Source of the DNA: an uncultured Flavobacteriaceae bacterium
GTDB lineage: Bacteria; Bacteroidota; Bacteroidia; Flavobacteriales; Flavobacteriaceae
NCBI GenBank assembly: GCA_937929935.1
Contig: CALFUL010000009.1
Location: 19,748 to 83,747, forward strand
Length of the DNA stretch: 64,000 bases
Direction: 5' to 3'
Below are positions 1-8,510 of this stretch, in pieces; positions within the stretch are counted from its first letter, which is position 1, and the number at the start of each line of letters is the position of its first letter. Below the pieces are notes generated by a model. The model worked only from the letters and a program-made list of their open reading frames with translations, did no database searches and was not told the origin of the DNA. The position numbers and the translations under genes were made by a program.

Positions 1-425
1 TTTCAGGAAACATAGGTTCTGAAAAACGATTTGAATACACTGTAATCGGTGATCCAGTAAATTTGGCTGCCAGACTTGAAAACGAAACCAAAAAGTATAA
101 AGTGAATATTCTAATTTGTGAGAACACCTATCAAAATATACGCGACAACTTTCATTGTCGTGAAATAGATTCAGTACTCATTAGAGGAAAACAAAATGAG
201 GTTAAAATATATTCAGTGGAAAGTGAAGTTGGTACTTCTATATCATCGGATGATAAGGATTTTTATGGTCATTTTTCAGATGGATTGAAAGCTTTTCAAA
301 AGAAGGATTTTAAAAATGCCAAAAATAATTTTAAACTAGCTAAACTTCTCAGAAACCATGATGGGCCAACAAATTTGTTTTTAGATCGGTGCGCAGAAAT
401 TCTTGATATTCCTTTGGTTTTATAA
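1..425 (+). CDS. Class III adenylate/guanylate cyclase, 3' part (gene starts before the window)
   Basis: Frame 3 is open from base 3: SGNIGSEKRFEYTVIGDPVNLAARLE, the G-x-x-V-N-x-A-A-R-L-E cyclase motif, later IRGK and a helical TPR-like tail (DGPTNLFLDRC). Confidence 0.9.
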   Translation, partial: SGNIGSEKRFEYTVIGDPVNLAARLENETKKYKVNILICENTYQNIRDNFHCREIDSVLIRGKQNEVKIYSVESEVGTSISSDDKDFYGHFSDGLKAFQKKDFKNAKNNFKLAKLLRNHDGPTNLFLDRCAEILDIPLVL

Positions 426-433
426 AGTCTAAT

Positions 434-1687
434 TTAAGATACTACCAAGGCATTTACCTCATCTAATACATCGTTGTCAAAATCCTTCAAGTAAATCTCA
501 GTAGTAGTGATTGAATAGTGCCCTAACCCTTCACTGATCAAGGCGGTTGAAATGCCCATATACTTTGCGATTGTGGCCCATGAATGACGAATATAATAAG
601 TAGTAAAAACCCCTTCTATTTCTGCATCTTTAGCAATTATTTTCAGACGCTCATTCATTCTTCTGCGCTGCGACTTATATTTTTGAAAATATTCAGTACT
701 ACCATCATAATTAGCCGGGAACAAAAAATCATCTAGCTTTTTGTTATTGAGATAAAAATTAAGAATCTCTCTTAATTGTGGCACAATTTTTATAGCAAAA
801 GGTTGCCCAGTTTTGCTCCTTCCATAAAACAAATGCATGTCCGTAATGTGTTTGACCTTTATTTGAACCAAATCAATGAAGTTCATACCCCGACAATAGA
901 ACATGACCATCATATAATTTTTGGTGTGCCAAAGAGCAGAACCTACTTCATAGTTCAAATTTTTGACATTAGAAATCTTTTCTTTACTAACAGCTCTTTT
1001 TTTAGTTCTTGTTCCAGTCGGAATTTTGTAAACTTTGAATGAATTTTTAATCGGTACAAATAGATCTTCATTAATAGCAGCATTATATATTGAGCGAATT
1101 GCACGTAGATATATGCCAATACCATTAATAGAGTTGCCTTTACCTAAATGAAAAGCTTCGAAATTTTTTAAGAACGTAACTGTTATATCATATAATTTTA
1201 AATCTTGATTATCATTAAATTTGACTAACGCTTTGATTGCATTTCGGTACCAAAGAGCTGTACCAGGCTTGTTTGCTGCTTCCTTTCTTTTAATCAAAAT
1301 TTCTCCCCATTTTGAAAGCGATACATCGTTTTCAATTTTTTTCTTGAGTTCAGATGTTGGGTTATAATCCCATTTATCTTTAAAAAGTTCAACAAGCCTA
1401 TCTACACTTACTAAATCAATACTTCGTCCCAATTCTCGTATCACTAGCTTTGCTTTGTAAATTTTGTCATCAATTTCATAACCTATAAAGCCACAGTTTA
1501 AATTTTTATTGATTCCTACAGACTTTTTTAATTTACCATTGATATCATCCCAACCTAATATTGATGTGTAATAATCTAAGGGTACAATTCTCGTTTTTTT
1601 ATGAAACACCCTTAGGCAAATAGGATATGTTCCATCCCTACGTTTAGAATTATTTCTAGTGTCTAAAATGAGTCTTACTTTGGCCAT
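434..1687 (-). CDS. Tyrosine recombinase/integrase (Bacteroidetes type: arm-binding N-terminus, SAM-like domain, catalytic domain)
   Basis: 417 aa; DTR..RRDGTYPICLRV arm-binding start; RSKT, YYIRHSWAT, LGH and TTEIYL motifs; adjacent to a tRNA 3' fragment. Confidence 0.92.
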   Translation of the reverse strand: MAKVRLILDTRNNSKRRDGTYPICLRVFHKKTRIVPLDYYTSILGWDDINGKLKKSVGINKNLNCGFIGYEIDDKIYKAKLVIRELGRSIDLVSVDRLVELFKDKWDYNPTSELKKKIENDVSLSKWGEILIKRKEAANKPGTALWYRNAIKALVKFNDNQDLKLYDITVTFLKNFEAFHLGKGNSINGIGIYLRAIRSIYNAAINEDLFVPIKNSFKVYKIPTGTRTKKRAVSKEKISNVKNLNYEVGSALWHTKNYMMVMFYCRGMNFIDLVQIKVKHITDMHLFYGRSKTGQPFAIKIVPQLREILNFYLNNKKLDDFLFPANYDGSTEYFQKYKSQRRRMNERLKIIAKDAEIEGVFTTYYIRHSWATIAKYMGISTALISEGLGHYSITTTEIYLKDFDNDVLDEVNALVVS

Positions 1688-1725
1688 TTTATCTTTTAAT
1701 TTTAATTTAAAGTACGATAAAAATT

Positions 1726-1747
1726 ACTCACTTTTTGCACACTTTTT
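1726..1747 (+). promoter_or_regulatory. Tandem 11-bp repeats, candidate integrase arm-type sites
   Basis: ACTCACTTTTT followed directly by GCACACTTTTT, between the integrase start and the att core. Confidence 0.35.
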
Positions 1748-1848
1748 AATGATGGCAAATGAAATCAATGGACATGAAAATTTATTAAATATCTGATTAT
1801 TAGAGGAGTAGAATATTTTTTGAGTTACTAAGAATCAAAAATATTAGA

Positions 1849-1890
1849 CTTACAAGCAGGGGGTCGAAGGTTCGAATCCTTCAGGGCCCA
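1849..1890 (+). repeat. att site: 3' half of tRNA-Val(TAC)
   Basis: CTTACAA loop, GCAGG, GGGTC, T arm GAAGG-TTCGAAT-CCTTC, acceptor 3' strand AGGGCCC-A; no D arm or 5' acceptor strand upstream. Confidence 0.85.
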
Positions 1891-1898
1891 CAACAAGC

Positions 1899-1930
1899 AA
1901 AAAATCTACATCGAAAGATGTAGATTTTTT
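1899..1930 (+). terminator. Intrinsic terminator (probably the native tRNA-Val(TAC) terminator)
   Basis: AAAAAATCTACATC-GAAA-GATGTAGATTTTTT hairpin. Confidence 0.8.
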
Positions 1931-2252
1931 CATTTTCACAAACTTGATAAGTTCTTCAATGGGTTTTAAGAAGAGTTCTTTTTTAAGCAATTTTTAAATT
2001 TTCTTAATGAGATGTTAGAAAAAAGTGCATTTCATCGATCTTTTTGCAATTTTTAATCTTTTCATAGTCTAAAACGATACTTTCATCGTACTAATAGGGT
2101 AACCAATTAGATTTTTTTACAAAAAATTAACAAAAAACAATTCAAACTTTATTTAGTGATTTGCCTTAAGACATCCATTGTAAAATTGGGTGGTTTTTTA
2201 TGCAAAACATTAATTCTTAAAAAACAGTACTAACCCCACTAAACAATAAATT

Positions 2253-4757
2253 ATGAAGTTAAAAATTACTCTATTTTTATTTGCAACAACCCTTTATTTC
2301 GGCCAGATTTTCGCCCAAGATTGTAATACCGATTATGAAGAGGTAAACGGTATTGCAATTATTGAAGCAGAATCTAAAATTGCTGGAAGCTGGAGTCTTA
2401 GAAATCTTTCTGGAGCATCAGGAGGTCAAGCCTTATATTATGCTGGTAGTAATCAGTTTAACAATCCTGGTACTTCGGCAATTACGTATACATTGCGAGT
2501 TAATAACCCTGGACTCTACAGAGTTCAACTAAGATCTCAAATTGGAGTTATATCTACTGGGCCAGAAGCTCCAACTTCTGAGCATAATGATACTTGGTTA
2601 AAAATTAACGGAGCTGAATTTTATGGTCAAAATGGTAATAGTATTGTATGGCCAAGAGGTTCAGGAAGAACACCTATTGTAGCTGGTTCAAGCGGCGATG
2701 GTTGGTTGAAAGCATATACAAACCAATTAGGATGGACGTGGAACACCTTTACCAATGATGGGCCTGGTCACAGTATTTATGTTCGATTTAATAGTGCAGG
2801 TACTTATAATGTTCAAATTTCAGGTCGCTCAAAAGATCATATTGTTGATAGAATAGTACTGTATCAACAAGCTCTATATAGTACTTCTCAGGCTACTGAT
2901 TTGAGTAGAGCTGAAACTGCTTGTGGATCTGTAACGCCACCGCCACCAGCAAATGTGGCTCCGACGGTTAGTATTACTAGTCCAAGTAATGGACAAAGTT
3001 TTAATGAAGGAAGTAACATAACGGTAAATCTTAATTCAAATGATTCTGATGGTAATATAGTAAGTCATGAGATTTTCATCAATAACGCTAGTGTTGATTC
3101 TGACGGTGCAAATTACACGCCTCATGTAATTACAAATGCCCAACCAGGCACGTATAATATTAGAGCGGTAGTAACAGATAATGATGGGGCAACAGCTTCT
3201 TCATCAGTTAGTATTACGGTTAATGAAGATGTGCCACCGCCACCACCAGCAAATGTGGCTCCGACAGTTAGTATTGCGAGCCCTAGTAACGGACAAAGTT
3301 TTAATGAAGGAAGTAACATTACAGTAAATCTTAACTCAAATGATTCCGATGGAAGTGTTGTTAGCCATGAAATTTTTATTAATAATGTTAGTGTTGATGT
3401 TAATGGCTCAAGTTATGAGCCCTATGTAATCACGAATGCACAGCCTGGCACATATTCTATTAGAGCAGTAGTTACCGATGATGATGGGGCTAGCGCTTCA
3501 GGAACAATTAGTATTACCGTTAATGGAGATGTGCCACCGCCACCATCTGCTAATATTGCACCAGCAATAGGTATTATAAGCCCAAGTAATGGTCAAAGTT
3601 TTGAAGCAGGAAGTAATATAACAGTCAATTTAGGCGCTTCTGATTCTGATGGTAGTATAGTTAGGTATGAAATTTTTATTAATAATGTTAGTGTTGATTC
3701 TGACGGTGCAAGTTATACGCCTCATGTAATTACGAATGCACAGCCTGGCACATATTCTATTAGAGCAGAAGTAACAGATGATGACGGAGCTAAAGCTTCA
3801 GGAACAATTAGTATTACGGTTAATGAAGATGTGCCACCTCCGCCAGTTGGAAATGTAGCACCGACCTTTGAGTTTACAACATTATCTAATGGTCAAGAAG
3901 TAATTGCCGGAAGTGTAGTAACAATTGGTGTTACGGCAAATGATAGTGATGGTAGCGTTGAACAGTATCAAATTTTTGTGAATGATGCATTGGTCGATAC
4001 AGATCCTGCAACTTTTACCCCATACTCTATTGTAAATATTGCTAGCGGTTCATATGAAATCAAAGTAATAGTTACTGATAATGAGGGTGCAACATTTACT
4101 GATTCCATAAAGATTACTGCGACAACAGCATCATCCACAAATGATGGAATTAACCTTTACTTAATAGATGCGGTAATAAACTCACGTATAATACCTATTC
4201 TAGACGGCGGAAGTTTAGATGCTTCGCAAACTGTGGATTCAAATATTCAGGCAGAAACACCAGAAGGTACTGAGAGTGTAAGATTTCAATTGTCAGGTTC
4301 TAGTATTAGAACACATGTTGAAAACTATATTCCTTATGCATTATTCCGTGATATAGAAGGTGATTATTATAAAACAACTTTGTCAAATGGTTCGTACACA
4401 TTGAATGTAAAAGCTTATGATGATAATTTTGGTAGAGGAAACATAATCGCTGAAGAAACTTTCAGTTTCACAATAACTGGGTCTTCTGCCGGTAAAGTTG
4501 CAATAGCTTTTCCTAATCCTGTAAAGGAAGACGGTAAAGTGTCTATTAGATTTCCGGAAGGAACACAAGGCAATTTTGACTATATAGTTACTAATTCTTT
4601 AGGTGCGATTGTTGATAAAGGAACATTTGCTGCGAGCAGATCTGAAAGAAACATTGATTTAGAACTTTCTTCTGTTGGTAGACAAACTGATGGGGTTTAT
4701 TTCTTGAATCTTATTTCACCAGAATTTACGCAGTCTATTCCTATTATTAGAAAATAA
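2253..4757 (+). CDS. T9SS-secreted surface protein: N-terminal CBM-like beta domain, four Ig-like repeats with poly-Pro linkers, type A C-terminal sorting domain
   Basis: Sec signal peptide; repeats NVAPTVSITSPSNGQSF...DSDG...GTYxIRAVVTDxDGA; C-terminus AFPNPV...GVYFLNL...IIRK. Confidence 0.85.
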   Translation: MKLKITLFLFATTLYFGQIFAQDCNTDYEEVNGIAIIEAESKIAGSWSLRNLSGASGGQALYYAGSNQFNNPGTSAITYTLRVNNPGLYRVQLRSQIGVISTGPEAPTSEHNDTWLKINGAEFYGQNGNSIVWPRGSGRTPIVAGSSGDGWLKAYTNQLGWTWNTFTNDGPGHSIYVRFNSAGTYNVQISGRSKDHIVDRIVLYQQALYSTSQATDLSRAETACGSVTPPPPANVAPTVSITSPSNGQSFNEGSNITVNLNSNDSDGNIVSHEIFINNASVDSDGANYTPHVITNAQPGTYNIRAVVTDNDGATASSSVSITVNEDVPPPPPANVAPTVSIASPSNGQSFNEGSNITVNLNSNDSDGSVVSHEIFINNVSVDVNGSSYEPYVITNAQPGTYSIRAVVTDDDGASASGTISITVNGDVPPPPSANIAPAIGIISPSNGQSFEAGSNITVNLGASDSDGSIVRYEIFINNVSVDSDGASYTPHVITNAQPGTYSIRAEVTDDDGAKASGTISITVNEDVPPPPVGNVAPTFEFTTLSNGQEVIAGSVVTIGVTANDSDGSVEQYQIFVNDALVDTDPATFTPYSIVNIASGSYEIKVIVTDNEGATFTDSIKITATTASSTNDGINLYLIDAVINSRIIPILDGGSLDASQTVDSNIQAETPEGTESVRFQLSGSSIRTHVENYIPYALFRDIEGDYYKTTLSNGSYTLNVKAYDDNFGRGNIIAEETFSFTITGSSAGKVAIAFPNPVKEDGKVSIRFPEGTQGNFDYIVTNSLGAIVDKGTFAASRSERNIDLELSSVGRQTDGVYFLNLISPEFTQSIPIIRK
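2941..4120 (+). repeat. Four intragenic 300-bp tandem repeats
   Basis: Unit starts recur at 2941, 3241, 3541 and 3841; the fourth unit is the most diverged. Confidence 0.9.
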
Positions 4758-4782
4758 GTCTTTACACAAATTAAATTATTAT

Positions 4783-4817
4783 AAAAACAGCTTTCAAATT
4801 TTGAAAGCTGTTTTTTT
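4783..4817 (+). terminator. Intrinsic terminator
   Basis: AAAAACAGCTTTCAA-ATT-TTGAAAGCTGTTTTTTT. Confidence 0.8.
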
Positions 4818-4907
4818 ATGTTTCAAAATCAAATGAGTCTTGTTGAAAAAAGATGCTTTCAGCTAAAATCAGAAATACAAAATTAGTTTTACCTTAGCGC
4901 ACTTTAT

Positions 4908-4982
4908 GGGTTATTAGCTCAGTTGGTTTAGAGCGCTGCCTTGACAGGGCAGAGGTCATTGGTTCGAATCCAATATGACCCA
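4908..4982 (+). tRNA. tRNA-Val(GAC)
   Basis: Full cloverleaf: GGGTTAT/ATGACCC acceptor, GCTC/GAGC D stem, CTGCC-TTGACAG-GGCAG anticodon arm, ATTGG-TTCGAAT-CCAAT T arm; CCA not encoded. Confidence 0.95.
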
Positions 4983-4989
4983 CATTAAA

Positions 4990-5021
4990 AAAAATCCATA
5001 GGATTTATACTATGGATTTTT
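4990..5021. terminator. Bidirectional terminator between tRNA and murF
   Basis: AAAAATCCATAG...CTATGGATTTTT hairpin. Confidence 0.75.
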
Positions 5022-5044
5022 ATCTTTATCAGTTCTAAATTTTT

Positions 5045-6322
5045 CTATAGAATATCAAGTATTCGTTCAAGGGCCATTCCGCGTGAACCTTTTATAAGCA
5101 TGATACTTTTATCTTTTATAGGATTGCTTTCGAGATGAGTAACCAAATCTTGAAACGAAGCAAATTTTTCGTGTTTGGTTTCAATTTTGTTGAAATTTTC
5201 ACCCAAAAAATAAACGGTGTAAATATTTAGTGTGTCAATAATATTGGCAATTGTTTGGTGTTCTTCATGAGCTGTTTTACCTAACTCAAACATATCGCCT
5301 AAAAAGGCTATTTTGTTTTTGCCTTTTATGCTTTCAAAATTCTCTAAGGCGGCTTTCATGCTGGTAGGGTTGGCATTGTAAGCATCAAGAATTATCTCGT
5401 GACCATTTTTAGTGATGAGCTGAGATCTGTTGTTCTTAGGCTTGTAGTTTTCAATACCTTCTTTTATGTGCTTCAAAGCAACGTTAAAGTACTTTCCTAT
5501 TAAAACTGCAGCAGCACAATTCGTAAAATTATAGCTTCCTATAAGTTGTGAATTGATGGTTTCTTTTTCAAAATTGAGGCATACAAAAGGGTTAGCGCTT
5601 AAAAATTCAATTAAAGAATACCGATGATTATCGGTGCTAAATCCAAATTTATTAATGTAAGCTCCTAGTTTTTCAAGTTGAATCGAATCATCAGCATTCA
5701 GAAATATGGCTTTATTATTTGCAAGTAAATATTCATAGAGTTCACTTTTTCCTTGAATCACTCCTTCTTCACTTCCAAAACCCTCTAAATGTGCTTTGCC
5801 AAAATTGGTAATGTAGCCAAAATCAGGTTGCGCAATTTTGCAAAGAAATTCTATCTCTTTTTTATGGTTTGCACCCATTTCAACAATGGCAATTTCAGTA
5901 TCTTTTTTTATAGATAATAAGGTTAAGGGTACACCAATATGATTATTGAGATTACCATGAGTGGCAATAGTTTTATACTTTTTAGATAGCACTGAATTAA
6001 TAAGTTCTTTGGTAGTTGTTTTGCCATTACTTCCGGTTAGCGCTATAATTTGGGCCTTGCAATAATTTCGATGATAGGCGGCTAAATTTTGTAGCATTTC
6101 TAGCACATTGGCTACAAGAATAGTTCTTTCAGAAAATTTAAATTCTTCCTCATCAATGACCGCAAAAGAAGCCCCAGCCTTTAATGCTTCTTTGGCAAAT
6201 TTATTGCCATTAAAACTCTCTCCTTTGAGGGCAAAAAATATACAATTTTTAGTAATTTTTCTTGTGTCGGTTGAGATAATTTGATGCTCTAAAAAAAGCG
6301 CGTGAAGTTCTTCGACTGCCAT
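5045..6322 (-). CDS. murF: UDP-N-acetylmuramoyl-tripeptide--D-Ala-D-Ala ligase
   Basis: TGSNGKTTTKE P-loop, GNLNNHIGVP, EMGANH, DAYNANPTSM, KGSRGM. Start moved to MAVEEL (6322). Confidence 0.95.
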   Translation of the reverse strand: MAVEELHALFLEHQIISTDTRKITKNCIFFALKGESFNGNKFAKEALKAGASFAVIDEEEFKFSERTILVANVLEMLQNLAAYHRNYCKAQIIALTGSNGKTTTKELINSVLSKKYKTIATHGNLNNHIGVPLTLLSIKKDTEIAIVEMGANHKKEIEFLCKIAQPDFGYITNFGKAHLEGFGSEEGVIQGKSELYEYLLANNKAIFLNADDSIQLEKLGAYINKFGFSTDNHRYSLIEFLSANPFVCLNFEKETINSQLIGSYNFTNCAAAVLIGKYFNVALKHIKEGIENYKPKNNRSQLITKNGHEIILDAYNANPTSMKAALENFESIKGKNKIAFLGDMFELGKTAHEEHQTIANIIDTLNIYTVYFLGENFNKIETKHEKFASFQDLVTHLESNPIKDKSIMLIKGSRGMALERILDIL

Positions 6323-6338
6323 AAAACAAAAATATAAA

Positions 6339-6368
6339 AAAAGCCCTGACATAATTGTCAGGGCTTCA
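6339..6368 (-). terminator. Hairpin after gldJ
   Basis: AAGCCCTGACA-TAAT-TGTCAGGGCTT. Confidence 0.65.
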
Positions 6369-6387
6369 TTCTTTTATTTAGAAATAA

Positions 6388-8058
6388 TTATTTTGCTTTT
6401 TTACCTCTTGGTGTTTTATTTTTAGTTTTCGATTTAGAACCTACTCTTGACATTGCGCATCTGAAACCAATATAATCAGTTGCCATGTATTGTGGTAAAT
6501 ATCGACGTTGTGCAGGATCTAGCCAATACGCTCTATCTCTCCAAGAACCGCCTTTGAAAACACGAACCTCGTCATTAATAAGAGATGTTCTATTATTTGA
6601 TTTGTCATACTGTCTAACTATTTTCCCTAAAGAATCACGTTCAACTTTGTGTTTTGGTGAGTCATACATGGCATTCTTACTGTTAGAACCTTCTTCCTCA
6701 TCATCATTGAATTGGTCAAAGAATCTTGAAGAACTTGAATCTCCATCACGATAATTTCTATTATCACTTGAATCAAAGTTTGTTCTCAAATACGTTTCTT
6801 CTTCATCAACAGGAATCAATTTTACTTCACCTGGAAGATTAACGGCTACAACCTTACCATTAGGTAGCGTGTCATAAACAACTGAATCTTTTAAAATGGT
6901 AACCTTACCATCTTCTCCAATAGCTGATTTCATGTAAACATTACCTCTATAGTAGTTAAAATCACTTACTTCATCATCAACAATTGGTCGGTAAACATCT
7001 GAAACCCATTCAGCAACATTGCCAGCCATGTCATATAACCCAAGGTCATTAGATTTATAAGACATTACTTGTGCCGTAATATCAGCTCCATCATCTGACC
7101 ATCCGGCGATTCCGCCATAGTCACCTTTTCCTTGTTTGAAATTCGCAAGTTGATCGCCACGACCTACACGTTGACCACTTCTGGTGTAATCACCTTCCCA
7201 TGGATATTTCTTTCTACCTCTATAGTTGTTGTATTCACGACTACCAGAATTAGCTTGTGCTGCATATTCCCATTCTGTTTCTGTAGGTAATCTATATTCT
7301 GGCATGATAATACCGCTACTTCTTTTAGCAAAAGTATTGACACTATCTTTATTAGCCTTTCCTTGAAGTGAATCAATTTGACCGTTGTAAACTGACTCAG
7401 GCCTGTTTAAATATGCTTGAGTACTGAACGTGCCAGCGACTTCTCCGCTTGCAGCTTGATATTTAGCATCTTTTGCCAAATACCCTTCTCTTTCTAACAT
7501 TACTTCGTTTACACGATCTGTTCTCCACTCAGCATATTGCGTTGCTTGAATCCAATTTACACCAACTACTGGGTATTCAGCATAAGCTGGATGACGTAAG
7601 TAATTGTTTGTCATGGTTTCATTGAAACCTAATCTATTTCTCCAAACCAAAGTATCAGGTAAGGCACCTTTATAGATATTTGAATATTTAGGATTTTCTG
7701 GCGGATAAACACTTTTCAAATAATCAAGATATTCTAAGTACATTACATTAGTTACCTCAGTTTCATCCATGTAAAAAGATTGTACATGTTGCGAAGTTGG
7801 TGTGTTGTTCCAATCATGCATAACATCATCTTGAACTTTACCTTTAGTAAATGTACCACCTTCTATAAACACAAGACCTGGAGCAGTTTCTTGCTCTTTA
7901 AAATCGGTGTTGTACTGAAAGCCGCCTTCTTTAGCGTTAATTTTCCAGCCTGTAGCTCTTGATACATTTTTAGTAGAAGTTTTTTTACAGCTTGTAACTG
8001 TAAAACCTCCTGCTAATACTACACAAGAAAGTACATATTTGATAAACTGTTTTTTCAT
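6388..8058 (-). CDS. gldJ: Gliding motility lipoprotein GldJ
   Basis: Lipobox VTSC; SRATGWKIN, FGE-sulfatase-like motifs YRLPTETEWEYAA, GLYDMAGNVAEW, GGSW, GFRCAM; gldJ-murF synteny. Confidence 0.93.
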   Translation of the reverse strand: MKKQFIKYVLSCVVLAGGFTVTSCKKTSTKNVSRATGWKINAKEGGFQYNTDFKEQETAPGLVFIEGGTFTKGKVQDDVMHDWNNTPTSQHVQSFYMDETEVTNVMYLEYLDYLKSVYPPENPKYSNIYKGALPDTLVWRNRLGFNETMTNNYLRHPAYAEYPVVGVNWIQATQYAEWRTDRVNEVMLEREGYLAKDAKYQAASGEVAGTFSTQAYLNRPESVYNGQIDSLQGKANKDSVNTFAKRSSGIIMPEYRLPTETEWEYAAQANSGSREYNNYRGRKKYPWEGDYTRSGQRVGRGDQLANFKQGKGDYGGIAGWSDDGADITAQVMSYKSNDLGLYDMAGNVAEWVSDVYRPIVDDEVSDFNYYRGNVYMKSAIGEDGKVTILKDSVVYDTLPNGKVVAVNLPGEVKLIPVDEEETYLRTNFDSSDNRNYRDGDSSSSRFFDQFNDDEEEGSNSKNAMYDSPKHKVERDSLGKIVRQYDKSNNRTSLINDEVRVFKGGSWRDRAYWLDPAQRRYLPQYMATDYIGFRCAMSRVGSKSKTKNKTPRGKKAK

Positions 8059-8510
8059 AATTAGGACTTGTATTCAAAAAGTCAAACTCCCATTTTATAA
8101 GAAGTCCGCAAATTTATGTTTGATTAATTTAGTTCGTCATTCGGCATATAAAACGATGATTTGCGCATTATATTACATTGCCGTTGAAATTATTTTTTTA
8201 GTCTGGAAGTAATAATTTTCATAAAAATTAGTCTTCAAAATGGATAACGGTACAATTTATCGTCTAGTATTGATAGTTTATCTTTTATTTTACGACAATA
8301 CCCCATATTAAGAATACTTTGTTAAAGTTATGAAGTGAATACCTGTAACTGGCTTAAAAAGTCAAGAACGAGCTTAAAACGTTGTTCAAAAATAATAATA
8401 GGTTTACACAAGATATTTTTAAAAATACCGTTTACGTGTCATATGCCCGAAATAGTTTGTTTTAAGAGTTCTATTATTAAGGTGTAAAATCAACAATCCT
8501 AAAGAGAGAA

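Larger units (their letters stand above)
1..1890. mobile_element. Right end of an integrative element/genomic island inserted in tRNA-Val(TAC); left end outside the window
   Basis: Integrase abutting a tRNA 3' half that begins exactly at the anticodon loop; cyclase as likely cargo. Confidence 0.75.

Noticed and set aside
1812-1845. Imperfect inverted repeat AATATTTTTTGA / TCAAAAATATT beside the att core
   Set aside because: Almost all A/T and imperfect; could be a recombination accessory site but cannot be distinguished from chance.
1810-1890. Intact tRNA-Val(TAC)
   Set aside because: No 5' acceptor strand, D arm or 5' anticodon stem; only the 3' half is present.
4908-4982. tRNA-Val(GAC) as the partner att site of the 1849-1890 fragment
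   Set aside because: T-stem, acceptor and anticodon sequences differ, and the fragment lies upstream of it, the wrong geometry for that pairing.
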